From: Antedon mediterranea
Taxonomy: Eukaryota > Animalia > Echinodermata
Assembly: GCF_964355755.1 (NCBI RefSeq)
Contig: NC_092671.1
Location: 1,860,001-1,924,000, forward strand
DNA: 64,000 bases
Direction: 5' to 3'
The notes beneath the pieces were generated by a model. The model had not been told where the DNA came from, ran no database searches, and saw nothing but the letters and a program-made list of their open reading frames with translations. Both the position numbers and the translations under genes were made by a program. Positions 24,065 to 38,800 of this stretch are shown here, piece after piece. Each line of letters starts with the position of its first letter. The stretch's first letter is position 1.

Positions 24065-24213
24065 TGCGTTTTCCAGGTGGTAGGTGCACAGTGGACGCGC
24101 AACGCAAGTAATTTGACCAATCACAAGCAATCCGAACTGTCACTTTTTATTGGTCAACTCGCTTACGTTACGCTCACATCCTTGCGTTGCTTCCTAGTGG
24201 GAACCAAGCTTTA
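24065..24213. mobile_element. Degenerate Harbinger-like MITE fragment
   Basis: Right end CTAGTGGGAACCAAGCT|TTA. Internal inverted motifs GCAACGCAAG/CTTGCGTTGC and TTGACCAAT/ATTGGTCAA. Confidence 0.45.
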
Positions 24214-24580
24214 GTGTTGCCAAAGTATATATAGACCTATATTCTTTGATGCTGTATGTATGTAAAAACTACGATTTTAATGTAAACATGATATAAAATC
24301 ATCTGTCGTCAAATTTCCCTTGCATGAAAAAGTGCGGACCTTTAGCCCCCCCCCCCCCCAGTACACAATTCTTAAATCGATTGAGTGCTCCCCAGTTGAG
24401 TTTGAGTAGGCTATAATATGTTACCGTAAAATATATTTTTACAATTGTCGTATTCGATTGGGAACTTTCGTTGTCAACGTAAAGATTCGTTGAGTACTTT
24501 TTGTATTCGAATTGTAAATTTGTGCTCAACAGAAAGTCATTCGAATAGAAAACGTTGACAACGAAAGCTTTTTCGTTATA

Positions 24581-27546
24581 CTCTAGTAGCTAGATCAACT
24601 TTCGTATGCACTTTGAGGTCCAGAGAATTTGACTTCAGAAATTGGTTTAGAGTGGTCAAACAATCATTTTTGGCTTGGTTACACATTTTGAAAATGTGGC
24701 GAAAGGTCACAAGGTCAGGGTGAAAGGTCATAAGACCAAACACTAATATGTCCTTAAATCTGAACAACCACTGGTCACAGCTAAGTAATTTTGGTCTCAA
24801 ATTGATCAGAAGGTATACATTTATATTCAGTCTAATGGGACATTTTAGTTTAAAATGACCGGAAATGCCATTTCTGACCTTTGACCCACAACCCAGGGCA
24901 TGTATTTATCTCCGTAACTACTGGTCGTAGACACTTGAATTTGGTTTTAAATTGTTCGAAATATATATTTTGTTATTTGAAAAACATTTTGAAAAATGTT
25001 ACAAAAGGTCAAAGGGTCAGGGTCAAGGGTTATATAAACAAATAAATAAAGGTACTTGTATCTCGGCAACCACTGGTTGCAGCAAGTCAATTTCGGTCTC
25101 AAAATGTTCAGAAGGCATGCATTTATATTCTGTCTAATGGGGCATTTTAGTTAAAAATGATCAGAAATGCCATTTCTGACCTTTGACCCACATACCAGGG
25201 CATCTTCATATCTCTGTAAGTACTGGTCGTAGAAACTTAAATTTGGTATCAAATTGTTCGAAATATACATATTTACATTCATTGTAATAGAAAATGTGGT
25301 TAAAAGATGAACAGAAAATACTATTACTAATGTTTCAAACAAAAAACATATCTCTACACAACTTATCTTTACACAGTAATGTTATGCAATATGATACTTC
25401 AAATTGTTTCAATTTCAAGTAGGCCTACTAGTTATTGCTGTCCACGAGAACATTTTGATGTAAACGTCAAGCTCAACAGTTCTTTTCAGAATGCTAGAAG
25501 TAACTTGCCATGTGTATCCGATTAAACGCCCCGGGCATTTATTGTTCAAAAGGGTTTTTAGGGGGAGGGGAGGCATATTTATTTGGGGTATAATATGGTA
25601 ACATGTATAATCAAATAAATACCACCTAGAAAAATACAGCACAATCAATATAAAAAAATGATAACATTATGTCAAAATGCTTGGTAAATTGTAGATTATG
25701 GTAATTAATGAAATGTGTTGTGATACAATTATTTTGTAAATGCATGTGGCGGAGCGTTTATTCCACATGATGTTCTATTGGAGGGAATGGAGGCTTTTAT
25801 TCAAAGCGGGTGTTAATTGAATAAATACTCGAGCTCAACAGTTAAGAAGGCTAGAAGTAACTTACTATAGTTACCCGAATAAAAGGTCCGGGCATTTAGT
25901 TATTCAGGGAAGGCGTTTATTTTGTTTGGGTGTAATAATGGTAACATGTATAATCAAATAAATACACCCCAGATAAAAAAAAAATTAATATAATAAGAAT
26001 AATAACTGGATTAAACCTCATTCTATCCTGTTGCAAGTACAATCATGTAATAAAAGTCAAATTGTAGTCACAAACAAACAGATGATAGAATGAAGATCCA
26101 TTATGAGTGCAATTGTGTCAGGATAATGATATGTCATTGTTTTATATCATTATACTGGCACCTGGAAGAGAAGATCCATTTAATGTTATCTATGACAGTG
26201 TCACTTTTATTCTAAAAGACAGAAACATTTCTTTAAAAAGCATAAAGAAGAAAACGAATCATGTAAAGTACCTTTTATCAGTTGAGAAATGAATTATAAT
26301 TATTAAAATTATTTATTCGAATTAACACCCGCTTTGAATAAAAGCCTCTCTCAAATAAACGCCACCATTCCCTCTAATAGAACACCATGTGGAATACGCC
26401 CGCCACATGCATTTACACAATAATTGTATCACAACACATTACATTAACTACCATAATCTACAATTTACCAAGCATTTTTTTCACTTTTTGATATTAATTG
26501 TGCTGTATTTTTTTTAACATCTAGGTGGTATTTATTTGATTATACATATTACCATATTATACCACAAATAAAGATGCCTCCCCTGCCTCTAAAAACCCCT
26601 TTGAACAATAAATGCCCAGGGAGTTTAATCGGATACACATGGCAAGTTACTTCTAGCATTCTGAAAAAAACTGTTGAGCTTGACATTTCTATCAAAATGT
26701 TCTTGGGGACAGCAATAACTAGTACTTGAAATTGAAACAATTTAAAGTATCAGTTATTGCATAACATTACTGTCTAAGGATAAGTTATGTAGGCCTAGAG
26801 ATATGTTTTTTGTTTGAAACATTAGTAATAGTATTTTCTGTTCATCTTTTAACCACATTTTCTATTACAATGAATGTAAATATGTATATTTCGAACAATT
26901 TGATACCAAATTTAAGTTTCTACGACCAGTACTTACAGAGATATGAAGATGCCATGATATGTGTGTCAAAGGTCAGAAATGGCATTTCTGATAAATTTTG
27001 ACTAAAATGTCCCATTATGAACATTTTGAGACTAAAATTGACTTGCTGCGACGAGTGGTTGCCGAGATACAAGTATCTATTTTTATTTGTTCATATAACC
27101 TTTGACATTGACCCTTTGACCTTTTGTAACATTTTTAAAAATGTGCTACAAATAATAAATATTTATTTCAAACAATTTAAGACCAAATTTAAGTGTCTAC
27201 GATCAGTAGTTACGGAGATACATACATGCCCTGAGGTGTGGGTCAAAGGTCAGAAATGGCATTTCCGGTCATTTTTGACTAAAATGTCCCATTAGACTGA
27301 ATATAAATGTATACCTTCTGATCAATTTGAGACCAAAATTACTTCGCTGTGACCAGTGGTTGTTGAGATTTAAGGACATATTGGTGTTTGGTCTTATGAC
27401 CTTTCACCCTGACCTTTTGACCTTTCGCCACATTTTCAAAATGTGTAACCAATCCAAAAATGATTGTTTGACCACCCTAAACCAATTTCTGAAGTCAAAT
27501 TCTCTGGACCTCAAAGTGCATACGAAAGTTGATCTAGCTACTAGAG
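24581..27546. mobile_element. Foldback-type element, about 3 kb, with about 1.25-kb inverted arms
   Basis: Left arm 24578-~25830 is the reverse complement of ~26310-27549. Mirror ORFs 24576-24800(-)/27327-27584(+) and 25151-25342(-)/26810-27001(+). Ends TA|CTCTAGTAG...CTACTAGAG|TA. About 300-bp sub-repeats rich in TGACCTTTGACC. Confidence 0.88.
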
Positions 27547-27725
27547 TATTAAGAACAATCTCAACGCTCAAAATACTCCGTTAAAGAAGTACTCAACGGA
27601 AAAACTGTACGGTACTCAACGGTGAAAGTCTAAATCGAATACGACAAATGTGTTATGAGTAAATTGTTTGTTTATTGCATATTATAGATTGATTGTTTCA
27701 GATAAAGAAGAAATACGAATGAGAC

Positions 27726-29014
27726 CATGGATTAAAGAATAGAAGGATATGCATCGACGTGAGATCAAGGGTTCCTTGACTCTCGCCGACAGACTGCGGA
27801 CCGCCCACAATGTTACAGTTTAATTAACCGCAGGGTAACAACGAAACGGTCGCGTGCCTAATATATTGTTTACTGCACATGTGCAACGACATTTAACCTA
27901 GTTGGCTACGCTTCTTTCGCGCGTTCTTTGGTTGCATGATGTTTATGGTCAACTATTGACTATGTTGGTTTCTGCCGCGATTGATCTACGCTAATGATTT
28001 TTTTATGATGATTAAAGTAGCATTTTATGACCTGTAGTAGCCCTACATCTGAGACAATAACTATTAGTTGTCTCATTTGTTGTAAAATTACAAAATCAGC
28101 AAGAATGCTAGCCTAGCTAGGCCTTGTACTAACTAGGCTAAACTGGGCTAGTAAACCCTATGATTTGCCGACATTGATACTGCCTAGGTAGGCCTAGGCT
28201 AATCTTAAATACTCACCGTTGTCTTACTTCTTGTGTGAATAATAATAGGTAGGCCTACTTCGTTTGTTCGTGATCAAGTTTGCCCTGCGTGTACTTTTCA
28301 AAACGACCGCTAGGTAACGAATCGCAACTATACATAGCCAGCCAATCCCGGATCAGGGATCGCTGTTTTCATTCAATTAGGCCCGGTGATTGGATGTGAT
28401 GTGGATGACATAACCACTAGCCAATCACCAGGCACTACAGTTTAAATATAATCACATCGATAATTAAGGAGATTTATGAAGAAACCACTGCTTAGCCATA
28501 TATTAAAAAACACGATTGTTGTATGTCTGAACACCGGCCACGCTAACAACATACATGGTCAAATGCAAAATTTAATATTCTATAGATTAACGCAATTTTT
28601 AATGACAGAAGATGGCAGGCAAATAAAGATAATTCAAATATAAAAATTGCATATTTTATTAATATTACCAACTACTTAAAATTACCAGTCGTAAGAAAGT
28701 GAACTTTTCGTAGTCCGATTGTGATGAAACTAAAACAGAATTATTCAGCAATATATGTTTGTTATCAATTAATCATCGACGCAGACATGTCAATAGAACA
28801 TTCAGACTGCGCATACGATTTCTACATGGTTACGTTTTGGTCTCAAAAAAATGTAACAGTTGATTCGCAGCGTTTTACAGAGGGCCGCGGTTAGAGACAT
28901 GGAGTTCAATGAACGTGTTTGTTTGATTGGCAGCAGTGCTTTAGTATAGGCAAGCGCGTTGTAAAATCGTTTGATGTCACCGTCGATGCATATCCTTCTA
29001 TTCTTTAATCCATG
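27726..29014. mobile_element. P-element-like non-autonomous DNA transposon (1289 bp)
   Basis: 34-bp perfect TIR CATGGATTAAAGAATAGAAGGATATGCATCGACG. 7-bp TSD ATGAGAC at 27719-27725 and 29015-29021. CAT termini and 7-8 bp TSD fit the P superfamily. Confidence 0.82.
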
Positions 29015-29886
29015 ATGAGACTAACTACGTCAAGGCTACAGCACAGAACAGTACTTTAAAGAATAAACCTTATTTTGTGTAATATTTTTTACTTAAACGC
29101 ACTTCTACTACTCTACTTGATACCACATACCATTAACAAATATATTATAAAAAATATAACTATCATTAATGCCTTCAAGGTTATTTTAGAATTAGATTGA
29201 TCCATTTTCTCCAACAGGTTTTAGTTTATGTAGTTTACCAATGCATAGGGTTTTGTACTAGGACCAACACTATTTGAAATAATCGACTACCAACCATATT
29301 TTTGACGATTAAAGTGTCTATTTTAAAATATATTCAATAGGCCTACCTATTACAAAAGAATTGTGAAGGCCATAATAAAATGTTATTGTAGAATATAATG
29401 AAAAACAATTAACACGCACTTATTAAGACCAATTAAAAAAAACACTATTTAAAAACGTTTAAATCACGTTTTGTCAATTATCACAATTAATCATTTTTTG
29501 TCAATAATGAAGAGAATTACAATAATGTAGAAGAAAATAATGAATCGCACCAGAACAAATAACTTGATGCTCTTGGTGATTTGCTTGTTGGATTTTGTCC
29601 TTGTCCCAGCTTTTGTGTACAGTAGAATGTTTTCCAGGTAGATATTAAAACAAGCACGAATGTGCGATACTCGGTGTACAGCAAAAGGTACCATCTTCGA
29701 GACGTCATATGGCTGCATCCGTTTTAAAATTAAAAAATCTATAGCTTTGAGGACATGTCCCTATAGTATATTCATGCCAAATCCCAGCTCAATACTACAA
29801 CGAATAAGGGAGGAGTAGTACTTTATAAATCGCTCAATAGTGTCCAGATGGAAGAGAAAGAGGAGAAGATGAGAAGAGTAAAAACC

Positions 29887-32800
29887 TTAAGGTTTGAAAT
29901 CTGATGCTTTTAAAAGGCAGTTATTTTCCTTGTACATTTCCAGCAGTTTCTTCCACTTGGGGTGAGTTTGAAGTAAATACTGGTTCCCTGTAGTTATAGA
30001 AAATAATAAAATATAAAATTAGATTAATATCTATACAATGGTTCTTTAATCATCATTACAGTCTTTTCTCTTTTCAGTATTGCTTATCCGTAATTGCAAC
30101 CGGCCCTCTTCTCCGCCAGTCTTATTAAACTATGTCTATAATTTAATACCTTCTTTTTTCTTTGATTTGTGTCACCCTCCTATAGTGTCTTCCCTATAAA
30201 GATATTTGAGGCTTTTCAAACGGGAACTGAGCGTAATCTGATTTCTTGTCTTCAATTCAATTTCAATTCATCGACATTTTTTTCTTGATCAAGAGATTCA
30301 CAAGTAAGATTTTAATACGTTGCCATGTATATAATCTTAAACATAAAAACCTTTATTAACTTCTTCCGTTCTTCTTACCTATAAGAATGAGTCCTTTCTT
30401 GGCTCTGGTCAGTGCTACATTCATTTGATTTTCATCAATTATAAAACCCAAATTTCTCTTCAACCACCGAATACTTGGTTTCTTTTCAATCTCCATTCTT
30501 GGTAAAGACCGTACAGTTGACATGATTACGTAATCACATTCACTACCTAACGAATATATATACATCATTTTGTTATGGTTGTAAGGTCTAGTTTTGTTAT
30601 ATATATTATAAACATAAACCTTTTTTGTAAGTTGTACAAACAGATAAGAAATTGCTCTGTTTGTATAGCATTCCAAAGAAGTAATAGGTATTTTAAATCA
30701 AATTGATAAATCAGGTACAGTATTATTATTATTTTTTTTTTTAATGTAAAATGGTATCCTATCGCGCAATGAATGAAATTTGTCTATTGTCTAAATAATA
30801 CAGTATCAACATTATTCTCTCTAACGTGAACCATACCTTGGCTGAGTACCACAGTTGAGACTTGAACCTCCTCAATTCCACGAACTTTCAGATCATCTCT
30901 GATTCGTTGACATTGCAAGCGATACTGCGATAGTATCAAAATATCTTTAGGTTTCACTCCCTTGTCCAGTAGTTTACTAGCAATTCTCACCTACATTAAT
31001 ATTAGAACGTTATAGGAATACAGGCATTTCATCAAACAATAAAGGAAACAATTAGAAGTTCTTATAATACGCTCGAAGAAAGACGAGTCCAATCGAAATG
31101 ATTGTTTACTACACAGAATATTTACACATACAATTATGAGAATGTATTTTAGGCCTAAAATCAATTCGATCTTTTTGTATTCATATAATTTTCAAAACAA
31201 AACTTATACCCGATGTATTGGATCACATTGCGCAATGGAATTCCTATAATTGTTCCAAAAGCATTGTAAATCACACCATAGTTTGCAAACGTGTACAAAT
31301 TCCCTAACCTAAAATTATACATTAACGTAAACTACCAACTGTACTAACCACCTGCTTCACTTCTCGTGGATTGCTTTTACTTTGTTCACCTCCTTCTGAG
31401 CTTTTTACAGTCAGTGTCTCCTCCTTACCATTCACGTGGCAGAATACGGTTGGACAACTTGAACCAGCTGGCCAAAACTTTCTTTGCCATTTTTTAATTT
31501 TTCGATTTTCAACAGAATCGTCTGTCACCAATTTGTTATCGTAGAAAGCGTTCGATGAAAACTCACAAATTTTGGGATGCTAAAAGAAGAGAAAAGATTA
31601 ATTTAATCTTTAAATAAACTTCGAATTTACCGTTCAATTGTACAGTAATGAAGGTTTTGAGAGAAGTGCAACGAAAAAAAAAAAGTTTAAACAAAGTCGC
31701 TATGCTGGTTTTCAAAAAAATTCTGTAGAACCTATATGTCTTTTAAATTAGGAAGCTGCTAGCTGAAAAAACAAATGACAAAACTAGCTCGATACTAACC
31801 ATTCTATACTGTATGGTTAACATCAGTGCCTTTCCCTCATAACGCTCTAGTAGAGATATACCCATACCTAAATCCTTTGCACGTTCCTCATTAATGATTG
31901 GTCTGTAAATGAATTAAAAAAAAAAAAAATTGTTTATTTAATATAAATGGCAGGACTAAATTTTAAAGGAATCTACAAAATGTGAATTACTTTGTCTTAC
32001 CTCAACTGTTTGTGATCTCCAATAAGAACCACTTGGTAAGGTGAACACATAACAAGAGGGATAAGAGACTCAGGTTCACTACACATCCCTGCTTCATCTA
32101 TGATACACTGTATAATACTGCAGTATTCTTTGACACAATTAGAACCAGCTGAATTGCAAGTTGCTAAGATGATTTTATGTTTCTTAAGTTCTTCTTCCTG
32201 CAGTTATTAAGATACCATACCATTAATTTCTAACTACTGATAGAAAAATACTAACTATTAATGTAAACATTATACTTTTTGAGTTTTGCCCTCTTCCTTC
32301 TTATTACAAATTATATTGAGTATTTTTTCTTATTTTGGAAGAAATAAATGTTGATTTGATTTGATTTGACTTTGTAACGCACAGATTCTGCGTTTTGTTT
32401 TAGCTGTGTATATACAACATTTTTACCTTTGCTGATTCTATCAGTTGAAAATATTTTGTTCGTGTTTTCCTATGAACAACAGTGCCTGGTTTCAGTTGTT
32501 GAAAATTCCGATCAAACTTTCTTATCTCGGCACTCATTGTATTGCCGGTTGTCCTGATGAGATGGTGTAATGCGATTTTGACATGATCAGGGTCAGTAGA
32601 GGTTAATAAATCAGCCTTTATTTGAATATTTTGTTCCCATGGCAATGGGAAATCTTTCTTTTCAATTTTATCACTGTAAACCCGAACGATAGATAATCCT
32701 GGAAACTTCTTTAAATAACCTATTGAAACAAACATATGTATGGTAGAAATATGAACTCATGTACTGCCAATACAATGCGCGCAACCACAGTGCATCACCT

Positions 32801-35800
32801 AACCATGAACAAAAATAATCCAGTACTCATTCTTCATCTAGAATAAAATGCACAGGCATGTACTTCTCTATGGGCTGTGTGAATAAACTTTGTCATATTT
32901 CTTTCTTTCTATGCCATGGTATTTATTATATTATTGTATTACCTGCCACAACATCAACAGACTTGTTAGATGGGCCGCAGTAGAGAACCTGTGGCCTGCC
33001 TTTACCAGTAGGTGGTATTTGTGTGTTCATCTCAGAAAAGTAGTATGCTAGTTGTGCTCCTGTCACAGATTTTCCAGTTCCTGAATATAGTAAATTTATT
33101 AATATTATAGTCTTACCCAAACTGACGTGTGTGTTGCAGAGTAGACCTACAGTATACCAATACAATAGCATTTATGAAAGTAAATTACTGTATTACGCTT
33201 TTCTAGAATCTCAGGTTTTCTATTCGAAAAATTACAAATAAAGGTTCTAAATTATTGATCTTATCAAGCAAATAACAATGTAATGAATCGTATAGAAGAG
33301 ATTAAACTCTATAAAGCAATGATTTTCATCTTCACTTGTATTGGAATCTCATAAAGGACACATTTTTTGATAAAGTTGAGTGTTTTTATATCTAGCAATT
33401 CCTAATAGTAATCAGGGCACAACTAAAATGGAAACAAATGTGATTTAGTGTATAAAATGAGTGTATCACGAATAAGATATTGATATTTAAGTCGTTATAA
33501 TTATATAAGTTAACGGTGCAGTGGCACAATGCTTACCCGGCGGTCCCTGTATAACTGTAAATGGTTGTGCAAGGGCTGTCTTTATCGCCCCCTTTTGAGC
33601 GTCATTCGGTGGCGGCAAAGCTACGTTTAGATTACCAACTTTCATTGTTTTCGCAATTTCAGCAAGTTTTCCAAGGGTAGAGTCTAAAATAAATAATTTT
33701 GAAGAATTGGAAAATAATCTATTTAAATTTAAAACAATTATTAATAATAAATATTAAAACAATAATAAAAATAATAAATAATTTTATAGAATATTTTCTA
33801 AGTAATTTTATAGTGTTCGTCTGTGTCAGTGTGTTTCCAACAGTTTTCCGTCTTTACATTTTGTGCATACACTTTTTTACCTCAATAAACGCCCGTGAGG
33901 AACAAATAATTAATACTCACTATCTTGCTTCCCACCGTTGCATTTTTTAAGAACAACATCCTGGATTAACGAAGACTTGGTTTCACTAAGACCTTTTACA
34001 GCATCTTCGAGACGCCTTTGAAAAATGTAAATTTAGGTTACTCACCATTGGTCTAGCTTATTTGAAATAGTTGATTGAAAATAGTGCATTCCTTTTTTCA
34101 CTAGTTGTAAATATCGATGTTGATTGATATTATCAATGAACTCATGTTTGCCCTCAAGAACATTGGTGGATCAACAAATATGTTAAATAATGGAACGCAA
34201 ATATTGATTGTTTATAAGTTGCTTAAACTCCAGAAAAAAATAGGAAATTTCCCCTGCGCAAATGTTATTTGACCATCGGCCTTTGGGATTAAATGCTATT
34301 AAGAGTTACCAATCAAGTGTTGTGACATAGTCCATAATTTTAGGTTTAGTTATCCCCCACCTCTATCCCCTTATTTAACAAACAAACTGCCTATGCTGTC
34401 CGTAACCTTTCAAGCTCTCGTGCTTTAACGATTATTATATTGGTAAGAATTATTCTTATTGTTCAAAATTACTATTGTTAACGCAAGTGAAGAGTTCATA
34501 CCAACCTATCTGATTTTCCTTGTGAAATGATTTCAACAGTACAGAGAAGTTCTTTTTTTGGATTTGGGTAGAGTACACTTGTAAGACTCGTTCCTGTCCC
34601 AGACTGGTTTAATCTAATCCAAATTGTTGTCTGCATTTGATCTTTTTCTACCTCCGTTGTGTAGCAGTGACCAACCCAGGTAGACTTAAGTCGAGAACGA
34701 TTCGGATTTACATTTTTGTTTAGTATGTCAAAGCCAGAGTAGCGAACACATAAATAATCAGATTGGTAAAATCTGTAATTGAATTGCAAAAGTATGTAAT
34801 TTGATATTTGCATGCATTGTAAGAAATGTAATTAACTTGCGAATACTCGTCACAAATTTTATGTGACACTGCCAAGCACAAACACAGGAAAGGAAGTCAT
34901 TGTTCACCAATTAAATATTTTGTTTCTGTTCGTAAACTGTGCTAAACTGTTTTTATTTTTAAACTAATTTTATATTTGTTAACTTCCAATGTAAGCCTAC
35001 CTTTCGGAAAACGTCGTTGACCATAATATTAGTTATAGTATAATTTGGAACTTGTTATTTTGAATCATAAATATAAATACCTTATACTTCGATCGACACA
35101 GAAATCAGCCGGTAGATGAAAGACACCATTGTAACTCTGTTTATCTGAATCAAATTTCCAATCGATTGAGACATTTCTGATGATGAGGCTGTCATCTTCA
35201 GATACAGCATTTGATGCAGATGCCATTGATAGCACTGCCAACCAACGTTTCTGATATGTAGGAATATCTTTCGCACCTCTAGGCTTCTGGTTTGCTAACT
35301 GAGAGAAACATGTAACAGGATCGGAACGATGTTCTAGACATATGTCCAGTTCAGGTGTCAAGTTGAAGAGTTGGATTTTAGGTTCAGGAATTCCTTGTTC
35401 AAATCCTGCAGTAAGCTTAACTTCAACCATGTGTCCCGGAGAATATTCTCTTTCAAACTCTACAAAATGATATCGATTGTTGTATCTGTCCAATATTTCT
35501 GATGTGACTTCTTTCATTAACTGTTTGCCATTATATTTATTCAAAGTTCTTTTGTTCTTTTCTTTCTCAGTAGTTTCGATAACCTGGGCAGACAAATGCA
35601 TTGCAGAATAAATTTGTTGTATATCGTTGTTTTCAATTCCAGAAAGAATTTCTTGCCGATAGTTACTATCAAAAGTAACAACAAAACGGTTTGCATCCAA
35701 CTCTCCTGTAGAGCTGTCCATTTTTGGTAGAACCTCATCAGGTTCCGCTTTTGCATCATATATTCTTTGCTTCCATGTTATATTGATGGTGTCGTTATTA

Positions 35801-38800
35801 GGTTCTGGTCTGTTCGATGTCTGTAACTTGTTTAAGCCCACAGTCTTGTTGGTAATTTGCATAAACCTTGGAAAGACAAAGCTAATATGTCTTTCCGTTG
35901 CTTTCTCCACAGTAGGTAAACATGACATTGATGTTTCTTGCAACTGTAAAGCCATCATAAACAACTTTGTACTCTTTGTAAAATCCTTAGCATTTGCAGA
36001 CATAGTAGAGGAGTTATAGCAGATGGAACCGATTTCTTCTTTAGTATAAGGTATGTCTTGTTGGTTGATAGCTGCATCTATAAGGCGGTGCACAACTATG
36101 TCAATGTAACGTCTTATTGGAGATGTAAAGTGAGTGTAGAAGTCAACTTCAAGGGAATGATGTGCCAGATCTCGACCCTCGGAAATGCTTTGACCAGAAC
36201 ATTTGTAATCTGACATTTCTTGTATCGTGTAGTAGTGTGCCATCATCACAGAGAGTTTTGGATGTTTGTTATCAGTACAAACAATCTGGATAATCTTCAT
36301 CATTTCAGCAAGACTGGCATTGGAACCTTGCTTGATATTATTTACAACTTCCACCAATTGGTTCCATTCCCGTGTCTGCATTGTAATTGTGTTACTTTGT
36401 TCACCGCATTTACAGACATCATCACAATTGCACTGTGAAGAATCAACATAGTCTTTAAATTTCCCTAACATCTCTTTACTGTTTCTAATATCAGGTAAAT
36501 GTTTGACTTGAAATTCCTGTAGCTTTTCAGGATCTGGAGAAAGTTGCCTCCTGAGTGGCACACATTGAGGAAATCTTTCCATCAGATACTCTGCAATAGC
36601 TGTGTTTGCAAGAATCATAAATTCTTCAATCAGTGAATGTGCAAGAGGACATGATGCCTCTTCTTCATTTTCATCCTCATTGTATGAAAATCTACCTTCT
36701 TTAAGGCGAGCTGCACGAGTCTTCTGAGCTAATTCATTCAGTACATGAATTGCAGTTACAAGAGATGGTTTTACATTATTGTTTCCATTATGAATGATGT
36801 CTTCTACTTCTTTGTACGTGAATTTTTGTCTGGATTGAATCACAGATTTCACTATTTTTGTGCAAGAATGTAGACCATCATTTCTTATGTCCATAAGCAC
36901 AGACATTGTTAATCTATCCTTTCCTGGAACCAAACTGCACAAGTCATTACTAAGACGTGATGGCAGCATGTTGATGGGAGCTGAAAGTGTTGGATAATAT
37001 GTAGTGGCTCTCTTCTGTGCTTCTTCATCAAGCAATGTTTTGTTTCCTACAAAGTAGCTGACATCAGCGATATGAACTCCAACTTCATAATGACTGTCAG
37101 AAAGTTTATGTATACTTATTGCATCATCAATATCTTGACAACCTTTTGGGTCGATAGTGAATGTTTCAATGTTCCTGAAATCAGTTCTCTTTTTTATTTC
37201 ATCTTCTGGAATTGTCCAGATTTCTGAAAACGTATTGTCAAGTTCTTCACGGACTTTCTTCTTCCAGGTATCTTCAACACCATGTATAAGCTTTAGAATT
37301 CTAATCCCCTCTGCTTTATTAGTGGCTGGCGGCAGCTCTTCTGTAACAAATCCCATTGGATACGTCATTTTATCGTGCCATTTCCAATATTGTACCACAA
37401 ACAGTTTATGAGGACGATCCTTATTTGTCACGACAACTTGGTCTTCTAAATAAAACGGATTCTGACTATTGACCTGATTACTTAAGGTGTATATTTGAAC
37501 AGTAGCATCCTCAATTGGCGACTTGTTTTTATCCTGTGTCGGTACGCGCAGTTTTGGGAAATTTGTATTTACCGGCACCATAAGACTATTACTATATGGA
37601 TCTAGTACGCATACTAGTTTACGCAAGTATGGGTCAGACGCTCTCTTCAAGACATGGACAACTTTGCCATAAATTGTTTCAGACATGTCTTTGTTTTCGG
37701 ACTCTTCATAAATATTTTCATTTTCTTGTATTTCTATGATAACTTCATCATTGTTTAAACCCCGCCCTCTGTTATGCTTAGTGACGATTGCAATATTTAT
37801 TGGAATAAATTCTTCTAAAGTTGTAGCGTGTGTCTTTCCTCGAACATCAAGATGAAATTTGCATCTTTTGTATTTTTCCGGTTCTGATTCAAGAAGTAGG
37901 TTATATTTCTTGTCTTGATCTAATTCTTCATTATTTATGTCGGTGTCTTCTGGGTTGTGCTCTTTAAAGAAATCAACTCCTTGACGATGTGGATAGTCGT
38001 TTTCTGGAACAAATAACTTTAATACAATTTCTTCTAACTCGAGTTTTTTTTTCATTAGTTCAGTGTTTATTGGGACAGAATCTACTATGTGTTCACTACT
38101 ACCTTTGTTCCAAATCTGAATTGATGGTTCCTCAGTTTTTTTGAATTCTTTGAAATTTGATGAAGATCCACACTCGTCATCAACTTGTCTCCGAAGCTCT
38201 TTCAAAATTGAATCCTCAATTTTATTCATATCAAATTCCTCATCGTCTGACTGCCATTGTTCATGTTCGGAAATATTCAGTTCCTCGTGAAAAAAAGTAA
38301 AATCACCACTAACAGACGTTTCTAATTCATCTCCACCGATTCTGGATAGACATGGAAAATCCTCACTGATCTGTCTCATAACTTCTGCTGGGCTCTTTAT
38401 CTTAACATCAGATTCTTTTTTTCCGAAAGACGGTTTGAAAGGAGCAGCAAGGGGATTAAGTTCAATGTTTGTAGCGTCTATTTCTCCACGTATTTGCTGT
38501 AGGGTTATATCACTTGGATACAAACTTCTGTGTTGCTCACATTTCTGGAGAAACTTCTCCCAAACTTTTGAGCAAAGACCAATAGAACACATTGCTATAG
38601 GATCTCCAACAACCACCAGAAGAGATTTGGCTCTTGTAAATGCCGTGTTTAACATCTTTTTATCAGAAAGAAATCCATAGTAAAAATTTTCACTTTCATC
38701 TGGATTGCTGTATTTGACAGTAACGTTCCCCTTTCCGTCCAGTTTTTCTCTTGTTCGCACAACACTAATAAACAGTGCTCGGAATTCTTTACCTTTGCAA

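Noticed and set aside
24576-27584. Duplicated small proteins on opposite strands
   Set aside because: They are chance ORFs in the two arms of the foldback element, with no recognisable domain.
30060-30270. Possible decayed LINE 3' fragment in the last intron of copy B
   Set aside because: Too degenerate to support without a database search.
34243-34254. Additional kappaB-like motif GGAAATTTCCCC in a 3' intron of copy B
   Set aside because: It is isolated and far from the promoter. The paralogous intron is outside the window, so conservation cannot be assessed.
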